Shown piece after piece: positions 58,850-64,000 of a stretch of 64,000 nt of DNA. A program made the position numbers and the translations under genes. Source of the stretch: Ranitomeya imitator (Eukaryota); NCBI RefSeq assembly GCF_032444005.1, contig NC_091288.1, positions 215,636,001 through 215,700,000 on the forward strand, in the 5' to 3' direction. The notes under the pieces were generated by a model. The model saw only the letters and a program-made list of their open reading frames with translations, did not search any database and was not told the origin of the DNA. Positions within the stretch are counted from its first letter, which is position 1. Each line of letters begins with the position of its first letter.

Positions 58850-61800
58850 ATCAGGGTATCAGGGGCAGTTTTATAGTAGTTATATTCTTGCACACAGGGG
58901 CAGTATTATAGTAGGTATAATGTTGTACATAGGGGCAGTATTATAGTAGTGATATTCTTGTACATAGGGGCAGTATTATAGTAGGTATAATGTTGTACAT
59001 AGGGGCAGTATTATAGTAGTGATATTCTTGTACATAGGGGCAGTATTATCGTAGTTATATTCTTGTACATAGGGGCAGTATTATAGTAGTTATATTCTTG
59101 TACATAGGAGGCAGTATTATAGTAGTTATATTCTTGTACATAGGGGCAGTATTATAGTAGTTATATTCTTGTACATAGGGGCAGTATTATAGTAGTTATA
59201 TTCTTGTACATAGGGGCAGTTTTATAGTAGTTATATTCTTGTACATAGGGGCAGTACTATAGTAGTTATATTCTTGTACATAGGAGGCAGTATTATAGTA
59301 GTTATATTCTTGTACATAGGGGCAGTATTATAGTAGTTATATTCTTGTACATAGGGGCAGTATTATAGTAGTTATATTCTTGTACAAAGGGGCAGTACTA
59401 TAGTAGTTATATTCTTGTACATAGGAGCAGTATTATGGTAGTTATATTCTTGTACACAGGAGCAGTACTATAGGAGTTATATTCTTGTACACAGGGGCAG
59501 TATTATAGTAGTTATATTCTCGTACATAGGGGCAGTTTTATAGTAGTTATAGACTTGTACATAGGGGGCATTATTATAGTACGTATATTCTTGTACATGG
59601 GGCAGTATTATAGTAGTTATATTCTTGTACATAGGGGCAGTATTATAGTAGTTATATTCTTGTACATAGGGGCAGTATTATAGTAGTTATATTCTTGTAC
59701 ATAGGGGCAGTATTATAGTAGTTATATTCTTGTACATAGGGGCAGTATTATAGTAGTTATATTCTTGTACATAGGGGCAGTATTATAGTAGTTATATTCT
59801 TGTACATAGGAGGCAGTATTATAGTAGTTATATTCTTGTACCTAGGGGCAGTATTATAGTAGTTATATTCTTGTACATAGGGGGCATTATTATAGTAGGT
59901 ATATTCTTGTACATAGGGGCAGTATTATAGTAGTTATATTCTTGTACATAGGGGCAGTATTATGGTAGTTATATTCTTGTACACAGGAGCAGTACTATAG
60001 TAGTTATATTCTTGTACACAGGGGCAGTATTATAGTAGTTATATTCTTGTACACAGGGGCAGTATTATAGTAGGTATATTCTTGTACACAGGGGCAGTAT
60101 TATAGTAGTTATATTCTTGTACATAGGGGCAGTTTTATAGTAGTTATATTCTTGTACATAGGGGGCATTATTATAGTAGGTATATTCTTGTACATAGGGG
60201 GCATTATTATAGTAGGTATATTCTTGTACATAGGGGCAGTATTATAGTAGTTATATTCTTGTACAAAGGGGCAGTACTATAGTAGTTATATTCTTGTACA
60301 TAGGGGCAGTATTATGGTAGTTATATTCTTGTACATAGGAGCAGTATTATGGTAGTTATATTCTTGTACATAGGAGCAGTATTATAGTAGTTATATTCTT
60401 GTACATAGGGGCAGTTTTATAGTAGTTATATTCTTGTACACAGGGGCAGTATTATAGTAGGTATATTCTTGTACACAGGGGCAGTATTATAGTAGTTATA
60501 TTCTTGTACATAGGGGCAGTTTTATAGTAGTTATATTCTTGTACATAGGGGCAGTATTATAGTAGTTATATTCTTGTACATAGGAGCAGTATTATATTAG
60601 TTATATTCTTGTACATGGGGCAGTATTATAGTAGTTATATTCTTGTACAAAGGGGCAGTATTATAGTAGGTATATTCTTGTACATAGGGGCAGTATTATA
60701 GTAGTTATATTCTTGTACATAGGGGCAGTTTTATAGTAGTTATATTCTTGTACAAAGGGGCAGTACTATAGTAGTTATATTCTTGTACATAGGGGCAGTA
60801 TTATGGTAGTTATATTCTTGTACATAGGAGCAGTATTATGGTAGTTATATTCTTGTACACAGGAGCAGTACTATAGGAGTTATATTCTTGTACACAGGGG
60901 CAGTATTATAGTAGTTATATTCTCGTACATAGGGGCAGTTTTATAGTAGTTATATTCTTGTACATAGGGGGCATTATTATAGTAGGTATATTCTTGTACA
61001 TGGGGCAGTATTATAGTAGGTATATTCTTGTACATAGGGGGCATTATTATAGTAGGTATATTCTTGTACATAGGGGCAGTATTATAGTAGTTATATTCTT
61101 GTACAAAGGGGCAGTACTTTAGTAGTTATATTCTTGTACATAGGAGCAGTATTATGGTAGTTATATTCTTGTACATAGGAGCAGTATTATGGTAGTTATA
61201 TTCTTGTACATAGGAGCAGTATTATAGTAGTTATATTCTTGTACATAGGGGCAGTTTTATAGTAGTTATATTCTTGTACACAGGGGCAGTATTATAGTAG
61301 GTATATTCTTGTACACAGGGGTAGTATTATAGTAGTTATATTCTTGTACATAGGGGCAGTTTTATAGTAGTTATATTCTTGTACATAGGGGCAGTATTAT
61401 AGTAGTTATATTCTTGTACATAGGGGGCAGTATTATAGTAGTTATATTCTTGTACATAGGAGCAGTATTATAGTAGTTATATTCTTGTACATAGGTGCAG
61501 TATTATGGTAGTTATATTCTTGTACATAGGAGCAGTATTATAGTAGTTATATTCTTGTACATAGGGGCAGTTTTATAGTAGTTATATTCTTGTACATAGG
61601 GGCAGTATTATAGTAGTTATATTCTTGTACATAGGGGCAGTATTATAGTAGTTATATTCTTGTACATAGGGGCAGTTTTATAGTAGTTATATTCTTGTAC
61701 ATAGGGGCAGTACTATAGTAGTTATATTCTTGTACATAGGAGGCAGTATTATAGTAGTTATATTCTTGTACATAGGGGCAGTATTATAGTAGTTATATTC

Positions 61801-63890
61801 TTGTACATAGGGGCAGTATTATAGTAGTTATATTCTTGTACAAAGGAGCAGTACTATAGTAGTTATATTCTTGTACATAGGGGCAGTATTATGGTAGTTA
61901 TATTCTTGTACATAGGAGCAGTATTATGGTAGTTATATTCTTGTACACAGGAGCAGTACTATAGGAGTTATATTCTTGTACACAGGGGCAGTATTATAGT
62001 AGTTATATTCTCGTACATAGGGGCAGTTTTATAGTAGTTATAGACTTGTACATAGGGGGCATTATTATAGTACGTATATTCTTGTACATGGGGCAGTATT
62101 ATAGTAGGTATATTCTTGTACATAGGGGGCATTATTATAGTAGGTATATTCTTGTACATAGGGGCAGTATTATAGTAGTTATATTCTTGTACATAGGGGC
62201 AGTATTATAGTAGTTATATTCTTGTACATAGGGGCAGTATTATAGTAGTTATATTCTTGTACATAGGAGGCAGTATTATAGTAGTTATATTCTTGTACCT
62301 AGGGGCAGTATTATAGTAGTTATATTCTTGTACATAGGGGGCATTATTATAGTAGGTATATTCTTGTACATAGGGGCAGTATTATAGTAGTTATATTCTG
62401 GTACAAAGGGGCAGTACTATAGTAGTTATATTCTTGTACATAGGGGCAGTATTATGGTAGTTATATTCTTGTACACAGGAGCAGTACTATAGTAGTTATA
62501 TTCTTGTACACAGGGGCAGTATTATAGTAGTTATATTCTTGTACACAGGGGCAGTATTATAGTAGGTATATTCTTGTACACAGGGGCAGTATTATAGTAG
62601 TTATATTCTTGTACATAGGGGCAGTTTTATAGTAGTTATATTCTTGTACATAGGGGGCATTATTATAGTAGGTATATTCTTGTACATGGGGCAGTATTAT
62701 AGTAGGTATATTCTTGTACATAGGGGGCATTATTATAGTAGGTATATTCTTGTACATAGGGGCAGTATTATAGTAGTTATATTCTTGTACAAAGGGGCAG
62801 TACTATAGTAGTTATATTCTTGTACATAGGGGCAGTATTATGGTAGTTATATTCTTGTACATAGGAGCAGTATTATGGTAGTTATATTCTTGTACATAGG
62901 AGCAGTATTATAGTAGTTATATTCTTGTACATAGGGGCAGTTTTATAGTAGTTATATTCTTGTACACAGGGGCAGTATTATAGTAGGTATATTCTTGTAC
63001 ACAGGGGCAGTATTATAGTAGTTATATTCTTGTACATAGGGGCAGTTTTATAGTAGTTATATTCTTGTACATAGGGGCAGTATTATAGTAGTTATATTCT
63101 TGTACATAGGAGCAGTATTATATTAGTTATATTCTTGTACATGGGGCAGTATTATAGTAGTTATATTCTTGTACAAAGGGGCAGTATTATAGTAGGTATA
63201 TTCTTGTACATAGGGGCAGTATTATAGTAGTTATATTCTTGTACATAGGGGCAGTTTTATAGTAGTTATATTCTTGTACAAAGGGGCAGTACTATAGTAG
63301 TTATATTCTTGTACATAGGGGGCATTATTATAGTAGGTATATTCTTGTACATGGGGCAGTATTATAGTAGGTATATTCTTGTACATAGGGGGCATTATTA
63401 TAGTAGGTATATTCTTGTACATAGGGGCAGTATTATAGTAGTTATATTCTTGTACAAAGGGGCAGTACTTTAGTAGTTATATTCTTGTACATAGGAGCAG
63501 TATTATGGTAGTTATATTCTTGTACATAGGAGCAGTATTATGGTAGTTATATTCTTGTACATAGGAGCAGTATTATAGTAGTTATATTCTTGTACATAGG
63601 GGCAGTTTTATAGTAGTTATATTCTTGTACACAGGGGCAGTATTATAGTAGGTATATTCTTGTACACAGGGGTAGTATTATAGTAGTTATATTCTTGTAC
63701 ATAGGGGCAGTTTTATAGTAGTCATATTCTTGTACATAGGGGCAGTATTATAGTAGTTATATTCTTGTACATAGGGGGCAGTATTATAGTAGTTATATTC
63801 TTGTACATAGGAGCAGTATTATAGTAGTTATATTCTTGTACATAGGTGCAGTATTATAGTAGTTATATTCTTGTACATAGGGGCAGTATT
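58850..63890. repeat. ~35-bp satellite (unit 2), expanded to about 5 kb
   Basis: Same consensus as 39990-41005; variant blocks recur at kb scale. Confidence 0.96.
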
Positions 63891-64000
63891 ATAGTAACAT
63901 AGTAACATAGTTAGTAAGGCCGAAAAAAGACATTTGTCCATCCAGTTCAGCCTATATTCCATCATAATAAATCCCCAGATCTACGTCCTTCTACAGAACC
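63891..64000 (-). mobile_element. Probable CR1-type LINE 3' end
   Basis: ATAGTAACATAGTAACATAG is the reverse complement of an 8-bp (CTATGTTA)n tail, followed by unique sequence running off the window. Confidence 0.6.

Overview
Repeat-rich vertebrate genomic DNA; the MITE, Tc1, CR1, RTE and satellite repertoire suggests an anuran frog (inference). It is not prokaryotic, and most long ORFs in the supplied track are artefacts of tandem repeats. Genes reconstructed by hand from splice signals: (1) a minus-strand cell-surface receptor with a signal-peptide exon (6549-6462) and an Ig-like exon (4232-4008), head-to-head with RABEP2 and so a candidate divergent amphibian CD19; (2) the C-terminal coding exons of RABEP2 (18755-22521), including a GC-AG intron and 12-nt and 24-nt microexons, with no N-terminal exons recognisable; (3) two intact 4-exon, 287-aa IFI44-like P-loop GTPase genes lacking a TLDc domain (28638-38342 and 45990-56858); (4) a nonsense-mutated first exon of a third, more divergent IFI44-like paralog (42207-42516). 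The two IFI44-like genes sit in a ~20.6-kb tandem segmental duplication (22498-43092 versus 43093 to past the window end) whose junction falls in the last coding exon of RABEP2. Each unit also carries a telomere-like 40-bp satellite, an 87-bp intronic minisatellite and a 35-bp satellite. Copy-specific insertions include a near-intact DD35E Tc1 element, an internally deleted chromodomain Gypsy element, a Helitron and several MITEs, with visible empty sites in the other copy.
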